Assembly (NCBI GenBank): GCA_964530455.1
Contig: CAZGYO010000001.1
Location: 1 to 33,478, forward strand
Source: an uncultured Victivallales bacterium
GTDB taxonomy: Bacteria; Verrucomicrobiota; Lentisphaeria; Victivallales; CAZGYO01
DNA: 33,478 nucleotides
Reading direction: 5' to 3'
Made by a program: the position numbers and the translations under genes. Shown one piece after another: positions 1 through 7,261 of this stretch (position 1 is its first letter; every line of letters begins with the position of its first letter). The notes under the pieces are model-generated. The model was not told the origin of the DNA. It made no database searches and saw only the letters and a program-made list of their open reading frames with translations.

Positions 1-123
1 AAATCGTTGAATTTTAGAACCCCGAAAGAGGTCTTTTTCAGCTCAAGTGTTGCACGTCAAACTTGAAACCGCCCTTTAATTTTGCGTTAATAACTTGCCA
101 TAAATATGTTTCGCATATCAGGC

Positions 124-175
124 AAGGAAAAACAGGGCATTAAATGGTCTGTTTTTGAGCCTGTTTTTTTTCCTT
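124..175 (+). terminator. Possible A-tract/stem/T-tract hairpin (intrinsic-terminator-like) upstream of recJ
   Basis: aaggaaaaacagg (124-136) is complementary to cctg+T8+cctt (160-175). The same left arm can alternatively pair with ctgttttt (149-156). The stem is AT-rich, so the call is weak. Confidence 0.2.
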
Positions 176-254
176 TTCAATGCGGCCGATACCGGCATTT
201 TGATCACTCTTCGCACAGTTCTTGCATGTCAATGGTCGCGTGATATTGTATACG

Positions 255-325
255 GAGCCAATTTCAAAACTCTCCGTGACCGCCTGCCATCCAATAGGGT
301 TCACGCGGAGTTTTGAAACTGGCTC
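255..325 (+). mobile_element. MITE/REP-like palindromic element, copy 1 (71 bp)
   Basis: Left arm gagccaatttcaaaactctccgtgacc and right arm ggttcacgcggagttttgaaactggctc are near-perfect inverted repeats. Flanked by tac(g)/tac(a). Ends 78 nt upstream of the recJ start. Confidence 0.85.
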
Positions 326-402
326 TACACATAAGATTCCGATTGACCTAAGATCTGTGCGATGGGGCTATAAGTTTCCGGAAGGTAAAATAAGGCAAGC
401 TA

Positions 403-2106
403 TTGGAAAAGGTGCAAAAACGCTGGGAAATAACACGCGCCCGCGAGGATCTGATAGAGGATCTGTCTTCCTCGCTCGGACTGGGCCGTGCCGCGGCCAT
501 GCTTTTGTCGGCAAGGCAGATAGACGCGGGGTCGGCAAAAAGTTTCCTTAACCCCCTTTTAAGTTCACTTTCCGACCCGTTCGAACTGCCCGGTGTGGAA
601 CGCGCTTCAGCCCGTCTCTGGAAGGCGGTAGGCGACGGTGAAAAAATAGTTATCCACGGTGACTACGACGCAGACGGCCTGACAGCGGCCACTCTTCTTT
701 ACAGCGTTCTTCTCGTGGCCGGCGCGGATGTCAGGATTTTTATTCCCGACAGGTTCGAGGATGGGTACGGACTAAGCGTCGAGTCCGCTTCATGTGTCCT
801 CGCTGAAGGCTGCGATGTACTTGTCACCGTCGACTGCGGAATCAGCAGCATAGACGCGGCCGAATTTTTGTTTGAACGTGAAATCTGTCTCATTGTGACC
901 GACCACCACGATCCCGCTTCTTCCCTGCCCAGGGCTTTCTGCGTAATCGACCCGAAACTCCACCCGGAACATGGCCACCTGTTGCCTCTTGCCGGGGTAG
1001 GTGTAGCGTTCAAGCTGTCCCACGGGTTTGTCAAATACGGCAGAGAGAAAAGCCTGGGCGCCGGTGATACAGATTTAAAAACGGTTCTGGACCTTGTGGC
1101 GCTAGGCACGGTCGCGGACGTTGTTCCTCTTGTCGGCGAAAACCGCATCCTGGTTTCGGCCGGGCTTAAACAACTGGCGCTTCAACGGCGTCCTGGAATC
1201 AAGGCGCTCTGCGACGTCGCCGGAATAGATATTGTGAATACCGGGAAAATCGCTTTCGGGCTGGCGCCCCGGATCAACGCCGCCGGCAGGATGGAAAACG
1301 CCGAACCAGCTCTTAAGCTACTGAGCTGCAAGAGCATCGCTACGGCATTCAGGGACGCGGAACTTTTGGAAGGCTATAACCGCGAACGTCAGAAAATAGA
1401 AGAACACATCTTCAATGAAGCTGTTTGCAAATTCCCTCCCGAAAAAGCCGCTTCGCGGTTTTCAGTGACGGTGGCAGGAAAAAGCTGGAATCCCGGCGTA
1501 ATAGGCATAGTCGCCTCGCGCCTTGTCAGGGAATACTATCGACCGGCGGTGGTAATTGCAATAGACGACGAGGGCAACGCTTCAGGTTCCTGCAGAAGCA
1601 TTCCGGAGCTGAATATTCTTGAGGCTCTGGACCAGTGCGCGGAGCATCTTGAGAGTTACGGGGGGCATCCAATGGCTGCGGGACTCCGTATCCGTGCGGA
1701 TAAGATCGACGAGTTCCGGGAACGCTTCGAAGAGGCCTCGGAAACGAGACTCGAGCCTGAATCCCTGGTTCCGAAGATAAAGGCTGACGGAGAAATATCA
1801 CTCTGTGATCTTGATCCGGCCTTTTTCTCCATCCTGAAAAGGATCGAACCCTTCGGGCAGGGAAACCCTAAACCTGTGTTCAAGATATCTGGCCTGAAAA
1901 TAAACAAAGTTTCACCGGCTGGGAAAAAGCACAGCCGCGGCGTCTTCTCCGATGAAAGAGGAATCAGCCTTCCCTTTATCGCTTTCGGATTCGATCCGGC
2001 CTCTTTTGGCGGCTCGGCCTGTAACGCCATGGTTTCTCCGCAGATCAACAGGTTCCGGGGATTTGAAAATCCGCAGTTGCAGGTTATTGATTACAGGATG
2101 GTATAA
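403..2106 (+). CDS. recJ: Single-stranded-DNA-specific exonuclease RecJ
   Basis: 567-aa ORF with DHH-family motifs (HGDYDADG, TVDCG, VTDHHD) and a DHHA1-like GGHPMAAG. There is no ATG at the 5' end; the start is TTG at 403 or the in-frame GTG at 412. Confidence 0.92.
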   Translation: MEKVQKRWEITRAREDLIEDLSSSLGLGRAAAMLLSARQIDAGSAKSFLNPLLSSLSDPFELPGVERASARLWKAVGDGEKIVIHGDYDADGLTAATLLYSVLLVAGADVRIFIPDRFEDGYGLSVESASCVLAEGCDVLVTVDCGISSIDAAEFLFEREICLIVTDHHDPASSLPRAFCVIDPKLHPEHGHLLPLAGVGVAFKLSHGFVKYGREKSLGAGDTDLKTVLDLVALGTVADVVPLVGENRILVSAGLKQLALQRRPGIKALCDVAGIDIVNTGKIAFGLAPRINAAGRMENAEPALKLLSCKSIATAFRDAELLEGYNRERQKIEEHIFNEAVCKFPPEKAASRFSVTVAGKSWNPGVIGIVASRLVREYYRPAVVIAIDDEGNASGSCRSIPELNILEALDQCAEHLESYGGHPMAAGLRIRADKIDEFRERFEEASETRLEPESLVPKIKADGEISLCDLDPAFFSILKRIEPFGQGNPKPVFKISGLKINKVSPAGKKHSRGVFSDERGISLPFIAFGFDPASFGGSACNAMVSPQINRFRGFENPQLQVIDYRMV

Positions 2107-2107
2107 A

Positions 2108-2182
2108 GAACCAATTTCAAAAATCTCCGCGGCCGCACCGTGTGCCGCCCAAAGGGTTCACGCGGAGTTTTGAAACTGGTTC
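2108..2182 (+). mobile_element. MITE/REP-like palindromic element, copy 2 (75 bp)
   Basis: gaaccaatttcaaaaatctccgcgg ... ggttcacgcggagttttgaaactggttc. Flanked by taaa/taaa, and the left taaa contains the recJ TAA stop. Ends 22 nt upstream of the rnc ATG. Confidence 0.85.
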
Positions 2183-2204
2183 TAAACAATAATGGACAGT
2201 CAAC

Positions 2205-2906
2205 ATGAACGAACAAAACATCTCCGGGCTGGAAAAAGTCCTCGACTACAAGTTCAGGGACCCTGCCCTTCTCAGGGAAGCAGTGACACATCCTTCATTC
2301 ACTCCGGAACACGATATCGACTACAACAACCAGCGCATGGAATATCTGGGCGACGCGGTGATAGACATGATCATTTCGGAATACCTTTTCGCCAAATATC
2401 CAAGGCATGACGAAGGAATCCTTACAAAGCTGCGTTCCGAAATGAATAAAAAGGAATCGCTGGCCGGTATGGCCTCAACCCTGTCACTTGGGAAATATCT
2501 CCGTCTGGGCAGAGGCGAGGAGAGAAGCGGAGGGAGGGAAAAAGATTCAAGCCTGGCCGACGCGATGGAAGCAGTCGCAGCGGCAGTTTACCTGGACGGC
2601 GGTCTCGAAGCCGCCCGTTCACTCATACTACCGCACATTGAAGTTCTTTTGAGGGACGGCGAGGAAATCCTCAAACAGAACAACCCGAAAGGCATGCTCC
2701 AGGAAATATGCCAGAAACACTTCGGGGAAACACCGGTATACATTCTCGAAAAGGCTGAAGGCCCGGATCACTGTAAAAAATATACTGTAAGGGTCTGTAT
2801 ACAGGGCACAGACTATGCCGGCGGGACGGCACAAAGCGTGAAGAATGCAGAGACAAGCGCCGCGCTCGAAACCCTCGGCATTCTGCGTTCCCGGGGGTAT
2901 ACATGA
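2205..2906 (+). CDS. rnc: Ribonuclease III
   Basis: 233-aa ORF with the RNase III signature NQRMEYLGDAV, downstream catalytic acidic residues (ADAMEAV) and a C-terminal dsRBD-like segment (PKGMLQEICQK ... AETSAALETL). Confidence 0.94.
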   Translation: MNEQNISGLEKVLDYKFRDPALLREAVTHPSFTPEHDIDYNNQRMEYLGDAVIDMIISEYLFAKYPRHDEGILTKLRSEMNKKESLAGMASTLSLGKYLRLGRGEERSGGREKDSSLADAMEAVAAAVYLDGGLEAARSLILPHIEVLLRDGEEILKQNNPKGMLQEICQKHFGETPVYILEKAEGPDHCKKYTVRVCIQGTDYAGGTAQSVKNAETSAALETLGILRSRGYT

Positions 2907-2960
2907 AACTTCATCCCGTTCTCTTGATTTCAGCGCCCTGACCCCTTATACTCAAAAAAG

Positions 2961-3043
2961 GAGCCAATTTCAAAAATCGGCGTGGCATTCGCGCAAAAAA
3001 AACCTGCCGCCCAAAAGTTGGTTCGGAGTTTTGAAACTGTCTC
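2961..3043 (+). mobile_element. MITE/REP-like palindromic element, copy 3 (83 bp)
   Basis: gagccaatttcaaaaatc ... ggttcggagttttgaaactgtctc. Shares the internal ggcgtggcattcgcgc with copy 4. Flanked by aaaag/aaaag. Ends 7 nt before the ATG at 3051. Confidence 0.8.
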
Positions 3044-3050
3044 AAAAGAC

Positions 3051-3419
3051 ATGAATTTAATGAAAAGCATGCTTATACTAGATGATGATGCCGGTATCAG
3101 GGCAATGCTTTCCACTGCTTTCGAACATGAGGGTTTCAAAACAGAGCAGACCTCCCGTTGCGGGGAAGCCCTGCAACTCTGCGAGGAAAACCGCTACGAT
3201 GTGATTATTCTCGACTACAATGTTGAGGACGGCATAGGCTGGGAACTGGCCGATGTTGTCAGAAAAAGGCCGGACATCTACGGGACCCCCAAGCTTGTCG
3301 GAATTTCAGGCACCGTTGATCTTAACTCCATATCGGTTACGGATCTCGACCTTTCCCTGCCCAAACCCTTCGATATTTTTGATCTCATAGCCAAGGTAAA
3401 AGATCTTTCAGAAAACTGA
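3051..3419 (+). CDS. Stand-alone response-regulator receiver (CheY-like) protein
   Basis: Acidic pocket LILDDDAG, phospho-acceptor context DVIILDYN, conserved Ser (GISG) and Lys-Pro (LPKPF). No output domain and no kinase in the window. The ORF track starts at 2982, but that part lies inside MITE copy 3, so I place the start at ATG 3051. Confidence 0.8.
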   Translation: MNLMKSMLILDDDAGIRAMLSTAFEHEGFKTEQTSRCGEALQLCEENRYDVIILDYNVEDGIGWELADVVRKRPDIYGTPKLVGISGTVDLNSISVTDLDLSLPKPFDIFDLIAKVKDLSEN

Positions 3420-3506
3420 TATGGCACAATCGCTTTGCCCTCAGCGATATTGAGCGGTATCGACTGGCTGGCCCGAAAAAGCTGCTTGCATATTTAGGCC
3501 TTGCTC

Positions 3507-4511
3507 CTAGGAACTCCGGAACATCTGCCCGGTCAACATTGCGGGGAACCAAAGCAGGAACACGATAACACTTAAGAACGGAAATCCCGGGTATCCTGCA
3601 ATTGCGCACGCGGACGCCTGGAGAAATATCAAAGCGCGAATCATTGCCCCAATCTGAGCCGGCGCGTCCGTCCCCGGTCCATGGAGGAATGAGTTCAGAC
3701 TTCTTATTGAAAAGACGATAAGCAGAAGCGACAGGCTCAGTCCCATGATTATTCCGGGCGGGATCTCCCCGGCCCAGACGATAATGTGAAGTCTGGAGAC
3801 TATCACCGTAGCGATCCATAGAAAAGAAGCAGAAACGGCAATTATAGCGCCCTTCACAAGGGTGTCTTTGTGTTTAGCAGGGGACATCTCACGACTGGCA
3901 GCAAGAGATATTCCGAAGATATAGCAGAACCACACGGCAAGAGCCGGGGCAATGACCGGGATGGCGGGTTCTGTTCTTGCGGTCGCGTAGAAGCCGAGCA
4001 TTACGTTCATCACCCTGCAGGAGGCGACGATTCCGGAAGCGATAATCCTGTAACGGTCCTTGAAATAGAAATTGTACGCGATGCACAACGCGGCGATCAG
4101 CAGAACGGTCCTGAACCCTTTCTCAGCGAGCTGGAATCCGCAGTAACAGCTTGCTGCAAAGAGAAATAAAGCTGCGAAGCACGCAACCGGCACCGGGACG
4201 ATGCCGGCGGGCAGCGGTCGCCCCGGACGTTCCGAACGGTCTGTTTCGATGTCCGCCAGATCGTTTGTGAAAAGCCCGAAACAGTAGATCAATACGGATG
4301 CTGCCAGCGCCCATGAGAGCGGCCCCCAATCCTCTGATCCGTGCCCTCCCGCGATATAGCCGAAAATGACATCACCCGGAACCGTGAACAGGTTAGGCAC
4401 ACGCAGCAGCGCCAGGCAGCCCCATATTGTTTTTTTCAGGTTATTTGATTTTATTTTGAACCCCGTCAGTTTTGAAAAAAGCGACAGCGTTTCTGGTTGT
4501 GGCAGCCGCAA
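3507..4511 (-). CDS. UbiA-family prenyltransferase (polytopic membrane protein)
   Basis: 334-aa hydrophobic ORF with the Asp-rich motif NDLADIETDRSERPGRPLPAG typical of UbiA prenyltransferases. The annotated ATG overlaps the TatD 3' end by 71 nt, so the start is uncertain. Confidence 0.72.
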   Translation of the reverse strand: MRLPQPETLSLFSKLTGFKIKSNNLKKTIWGCLALLRVPNLFTVPGDVIFGYIAGGHGSEDWGPLSWALAASVLIYCFGLFTNDLADIETDRSERPGRPLPAGIVPVPVACFAALFLFAASCYCGFQLAEKGFRTVLLIAALCIAYNFYFKDRYRIIASGIVASCRVMNVMLGFYATARTEPAIPVIAPALAVWFCYIFGISLAASREMSPAKHKDTLVKGAIIAVSASFLWIATVIVSRLHIIVWAGEIPPGIIMGLSLSLLLIVFSIRSLNSFLHGPGTDAPAQIGAMIRALIFLQASACAIAGYPGFPFLSVIVFLLWFPAMLTGQMFRSS

Positions 4512-5397
4512 GATCTTCGGGTTTTAATTTTTTGACATTCGCGGCTGATTCAAGAACGAGAGGCAGGTATTCCGGGTGGTTTTCCCTGCCGCGGTACGGG
4601 ACGGGGGCCAGGTATGGGCTGTCGGTTTCCAGGAACAGCCTCTCTACCGGGATCGTGGACAATGATTCGCGCACATTCCCTGCCGACTTGAAAGTTACAA
4701 TTCCCGTAAACCCTATATAGCCGCCGAGTTCCATGAACTTCTCTGCACTTGAGGGCGTCCCTGTATAGCAGTGAACAACGAAACGTCCGCCGTCTTCGAC
4801 GAAATCCCGCAAAATTTCCAGGGCATCGCTGTAGGCGCTGCCGTCACTGTCCCTGCAGTGCACTATAACAGGCAAATTCCTGTTAAGACCGATTCCCAGA
4901 AAAGATTCGAAGAGTTTTCTTTGTGCTGCTGATGGAGAATTTTCGTAAAAGTAGTCGAGCCCTGTCTCCCCGACGGCAACTGCGCGGGGCGAGGAAAGAA
5001 ACTCGTCGACTCGTTCCAGGTCACCCGCCGAAATCCCGCTCGCGTCGTGCGGGTGTATTCCGGCGGAAAACCATGCGTTTTGCGTTGATTCCGCGAATTT
5101 CGCTGCCATCCCGCTTTCCGTGGAGTTTCCGCCTACGGCCAGAAGGTATTCGACTCCCGCGGCGCGGGCACGGTCAGCGTAATCGCCGGGAGGCTCGTCC
5201 CCGCGGTAATGGAAATGCGTGTCGAAAAGTCCGTGGTAGCGTTTTCCAGGTCTTGTTTCTGAGCCAATTTTAAAACTCTCCGTGGCCGCCTGCCTGTGCG
5301 TCGCCTGACTGCGAGCGTAGTCAGGCGTGGCATTCGCGCCTGCGCTACCAACGCGGTTCACGCGAAGTTTTGAAACTGGCTCTTCTGTGTCTTTCAT
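4441..5397 (-). CDS. TatD-family metal-dependent hydrolase/DNase
   Basis: Motifs DTHFHY, VGETGLDY, VHCR, VHCYTG and ETDSPYL. The first ~50 codons are unrelated to TatD and run through MITE copy 4, so the start is uncertain. Confidence 0.85.
   Translation of the reverse strand: MKDTEEPVSKLRVNRVGSAGANATPDYARSQATHRQAATESFKIGSETRPGKRYHGLFDTHFHYRGDEPPGDYADRARAAGVEYLLAVGGNSTESGMAAKFAESTQNAWFSAGIHPHDASGISAGDLERVDEFLSSPRAVAVGETGLDYFYENSPSAAQRKLFESFLGIGLNRNLPVIVHCRDSDGSAYSDALEILRDFVEDGGRFVVHCYTGTPSSAEKFMELGGYIGFTGIVTFKSAGNVRESLSTIPVERLFLETDSPYLAPVPYRGRENHPEYLPLVLESAANVKKLKPEDLAAATTRNAVAFFKTDGVQNKIK
5261..5382 (+). mobile_element. MITE/REP-like palindromic element, copy 4 (122 bp, expanded core)
   Basis: gagccaattttaaaactctccgtggcc ... 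ggttcacgcgaagttttgaaactggctc. Nested hairpin cgcctgact-N8-agtcaggcg at 5302-5327. Flanked by ttct/ttct. Lies inside the 5' end of the TatD ORF. Confidence 0.85.
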
Positions 5398-5555
5398 TCT
5401 GAATTTAACCGGGGTTTTTTCAAAAATAATTTTGATTTCCGAGAAAAAAAAGGAAAATTACGGTTTTTAAAGGAACAAAGCTGTATTTGGTTTTGTCACA
5501 TGACACATTACACGTTGAATTCGCTTTTTCACTTTTCAATTTTACAATACAGAAT

Positions 5556-6521
5556 ATGCGCATGGCGGACATAGATGTAAAAAATCTGACTCGAAGATTC
5601 GGCTCTATCACGGCTGTTGATGACGTGTCTTTCCACGTGTCTTCCGGTGAAGTTCTGGGTTTTCTCGGCCCGAACGGCGCTGGAAAGACCACGACGATGC
5701 GCATGATCACAGGATATCTGACCCCGAACAAGGGCGCTATCTCTGTTGCCGGCATAGATGTTCTTAAAAATCCGGAAGCCGCAAAGATGAAGATCGGATA
5801 TCTTCCGGAAAACGCTCCGGTCTACAGGGACATGGATGTCAAGTCCTTTCTGTCTTTTGTGGCGACTGTCCGAGGCATGAGAGGCAAGCAGGCATCCGAT
5901 GCAATAGACAGGGCGATCGAGGTGTCCAGGCTGGAATCCGTCGTCTACCAGAACATTGATACGCTTTCAAAGGGATATCTAAGGCGCACATGTTTCGCGC
6001 AATCGATAATTCACGACCCTCCGGTTCTCATACTTGACGAACCCACCGACGGCCTGGACCCGAACCAGAAGCATGACGTGAGGGAGATGATACGCGAAAT
6101 GGGACGCGACAAGGCCATAATAATTTCGACCCATATCCTGGAGGAGGTAGAGGCCTGCTGTTCCAGGGCCTTAATCATCTCTTCCGGCCGTCTGGTCGCC
6201 AACGGCACGCCGGAAAACCTGAAAAAGCACTCCTTAAACGCGGGAACCGTCATTATCTCAATAAAATCCGCGGGAAACCACAAGGAGGCGTTGGAATCTC
6301 TTTCTTCAGTATCCGAGTGTATCCCGGAAGGCGGTGAAAACTCTTTCCGCCTGGTGCCGCCGGCGGGTAAGAAAGCAGCCGAAACTGCTATGGACACCGC
6401 GGAACTCGCCAGGAAAAACAGATGGGAGCTGGAATCTTTAGCGACAGATCCCGGACAACTTGACGATGTTTTCCGCAGGATTACCCTTAAAGGGGAAAAG
6501 ATAGAGGAACCCGCGCAATGA
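5556..6521 (+). CDS. ABC transporter ATP-binding protein (ABC-2/GldA-like)
   Basis: Walker A GPNGAGKTT, signature LSKGYLRR, Walker B LILDEPTDGLD. The start is probably ATG 5556 or 5562 rather than the ORF-track 5487. Confidence 0.9.
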   Translation: MRMADIDVKNLTRRFGSITAVDDVSFHVSSGEVLGFLGPNGAGKTTTMRMITGYLTPNKGAISVAGIDVLKNPEAAKMKIGYLPENAPVYRDMDVKSFLSFVATVRGMRGKQASDAIDRAIEVSRLESVVYQNIDTLSKGYLRRTCFAQSIIHDPPVLILDEPTDGLDPNQKHDVREMIREMGRDKAIIISTHILEEVEACCSRALIISSGRLVANGTPENLKKHSLNAGTVIISIKSAGNHKEALESLSSVSECIPEGGENSFRLVPPAGKKAAETAMDTAELARKNRWELESLATDPGQLDDVFRRITLKGEKIEEPAQ

Positions 6522-7261
6522 GATTGAGCAACATGCTTACAATAACCAGAAGGGAGCTTTCGGGATACTTCTCCTCTCCGCTGGCATATGTCTTTATAGT
6601 GATTTTCCTTGTCCTTTCCGGATTCATGACATTCAAGCTCGGAAACTTTTTCCAGGTCAACGACACCAACCTTGCATTGACTTTTTTCGCGTTCCACCCG
6701 TGGCTGTTCCTCGTGCTGGTTCCCGCGATGGCCATGCGTCTATGGGCAGAGGAAAGAAAGAGCGGGACCATGGAACTGCTTTTCACCATGCCCGTATCCG
6801 TCTCTGAAGCTGTACTCGGCAAATTCCTGGCGGCCTGGTGTATGCTCGGAATATCCCTGTTGCTGACTTTTCCCATCATCATAACAGTCGAATGGCTGGG
6901 GGACCCGGACTACGGCGCCATTATAAGCGGTTATATAGGAAGTTTTCTGATGGCCGGAGCGTATCTGGCTATCGGCTCGTTCACTTCCTCGACGACCAGA
7001 AACCAGGTTATCAGCTTTGTCGTTGCCGTGGTGATTTGCCTGTTGCTGATCCTCGCGGGCCACCCCTCTGTCTCGGACTTTTTTACGCGCCTGGCGCCTT
7101 CATGGATCCCCGACCTCCTTACTACGACCAGTGTGCTGTCACATTTCCACACAATGACCCAGGGTGTAATCGACCTGCGCGATCTCGTCTATTTCGCCTC
7201 TATAATTTTCTGTGGGCTTTTCGCAACGGGAATTGTAATCCAGAGCCAAAGAAGTGCATAG
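6518..7261 (+). CDS. ABC-2 type transporter permease (GldF-like)
   Basis: 247-aa polytopic membrane ORF with a 4-nt overlap onto the ATPase stop. N-terminus RRELSGYFSSPLAYVFIVIFL is typical of ABC-2 permeases. Confidence 0.8.
   Translation: MRLSNMLTITRRELSGYFSSPLAYVFIVIFLVLSGFMTFKLGNFFQVNDTNLALTFFAFHPWLFLVLVPAMAMRLWAEERKSGTMELLFTMPVSVSEAVLGKFLAAWCMLGISLLLTFPIIITVEWLGDPDYGAIISGYIGSFLMAGAYLAIGSFTSSTTRNQVISFVVAVVICLLLILAGHPSVSDFFTRLAPSWIPDLLTTTSVLSHFHTMTQGVIDLRDLVYFASIIFCGLFATGIVIQSQRSA

Noticed and set aside
48-74. gttgcacgtcaaacttgaaaccgccc resembles a degenerate right arm of the MITE (ttcacg...ttgaaac...).
   Set aside because: Only patchy identity (a 7-mer plus scattered matches), no partner arm and no flanking duplication. 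Too weak to call.
222-551. 109-aa + strand ORF upstream of and overlapping recJ.
   Set aside because: It runs straight through MITE copy 1 and overlaps the recJ 5' end out of frame. Its composition (Arg/Gly-rich, no motifs) is typical of a spurious ORF.
2982-3050. N-terminal 23-codon extension of the response-regulator ORF (MAFAQKKPAAQKLVRSFETVSKD).
   Set aside because: It is encoded entirely by MITE copy 3. The receiver domain begins right after ATG 3051, so the extension is most likely not translated.
3131-3143. ggtttcaaaacag inside the response-regulator CDS matches 10-11 nt of the MITE arm.
   Set aside because: A short match with no second arm. It encodes conserved-looking receiver residues (EGFKTEQ), so it is a coincidence.
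4441-4511. 71-nt overlap between the UbiA-family gene 5' end and the TatD 3' end.
   Set aside because: Probably a start-codon assignment issue. The first ~23 residues of the UbiA ORF are not needed for the fold, and no alternative canonical start is visible. Not evidence of anything unusual.
255-5382. The repeated GTTTCAAAAC/GTTTTGAAAC-containing ~28-nt units looked superficially like CRISPR repeats with short spacers.
   Set aside because: The units occur as inverted pairs, not direct repeats. The pairs are kilobases apart at gene boundaries and carry flanking target-site duplications. No cas genes are present, so a MITE/REP interpretation fits better.
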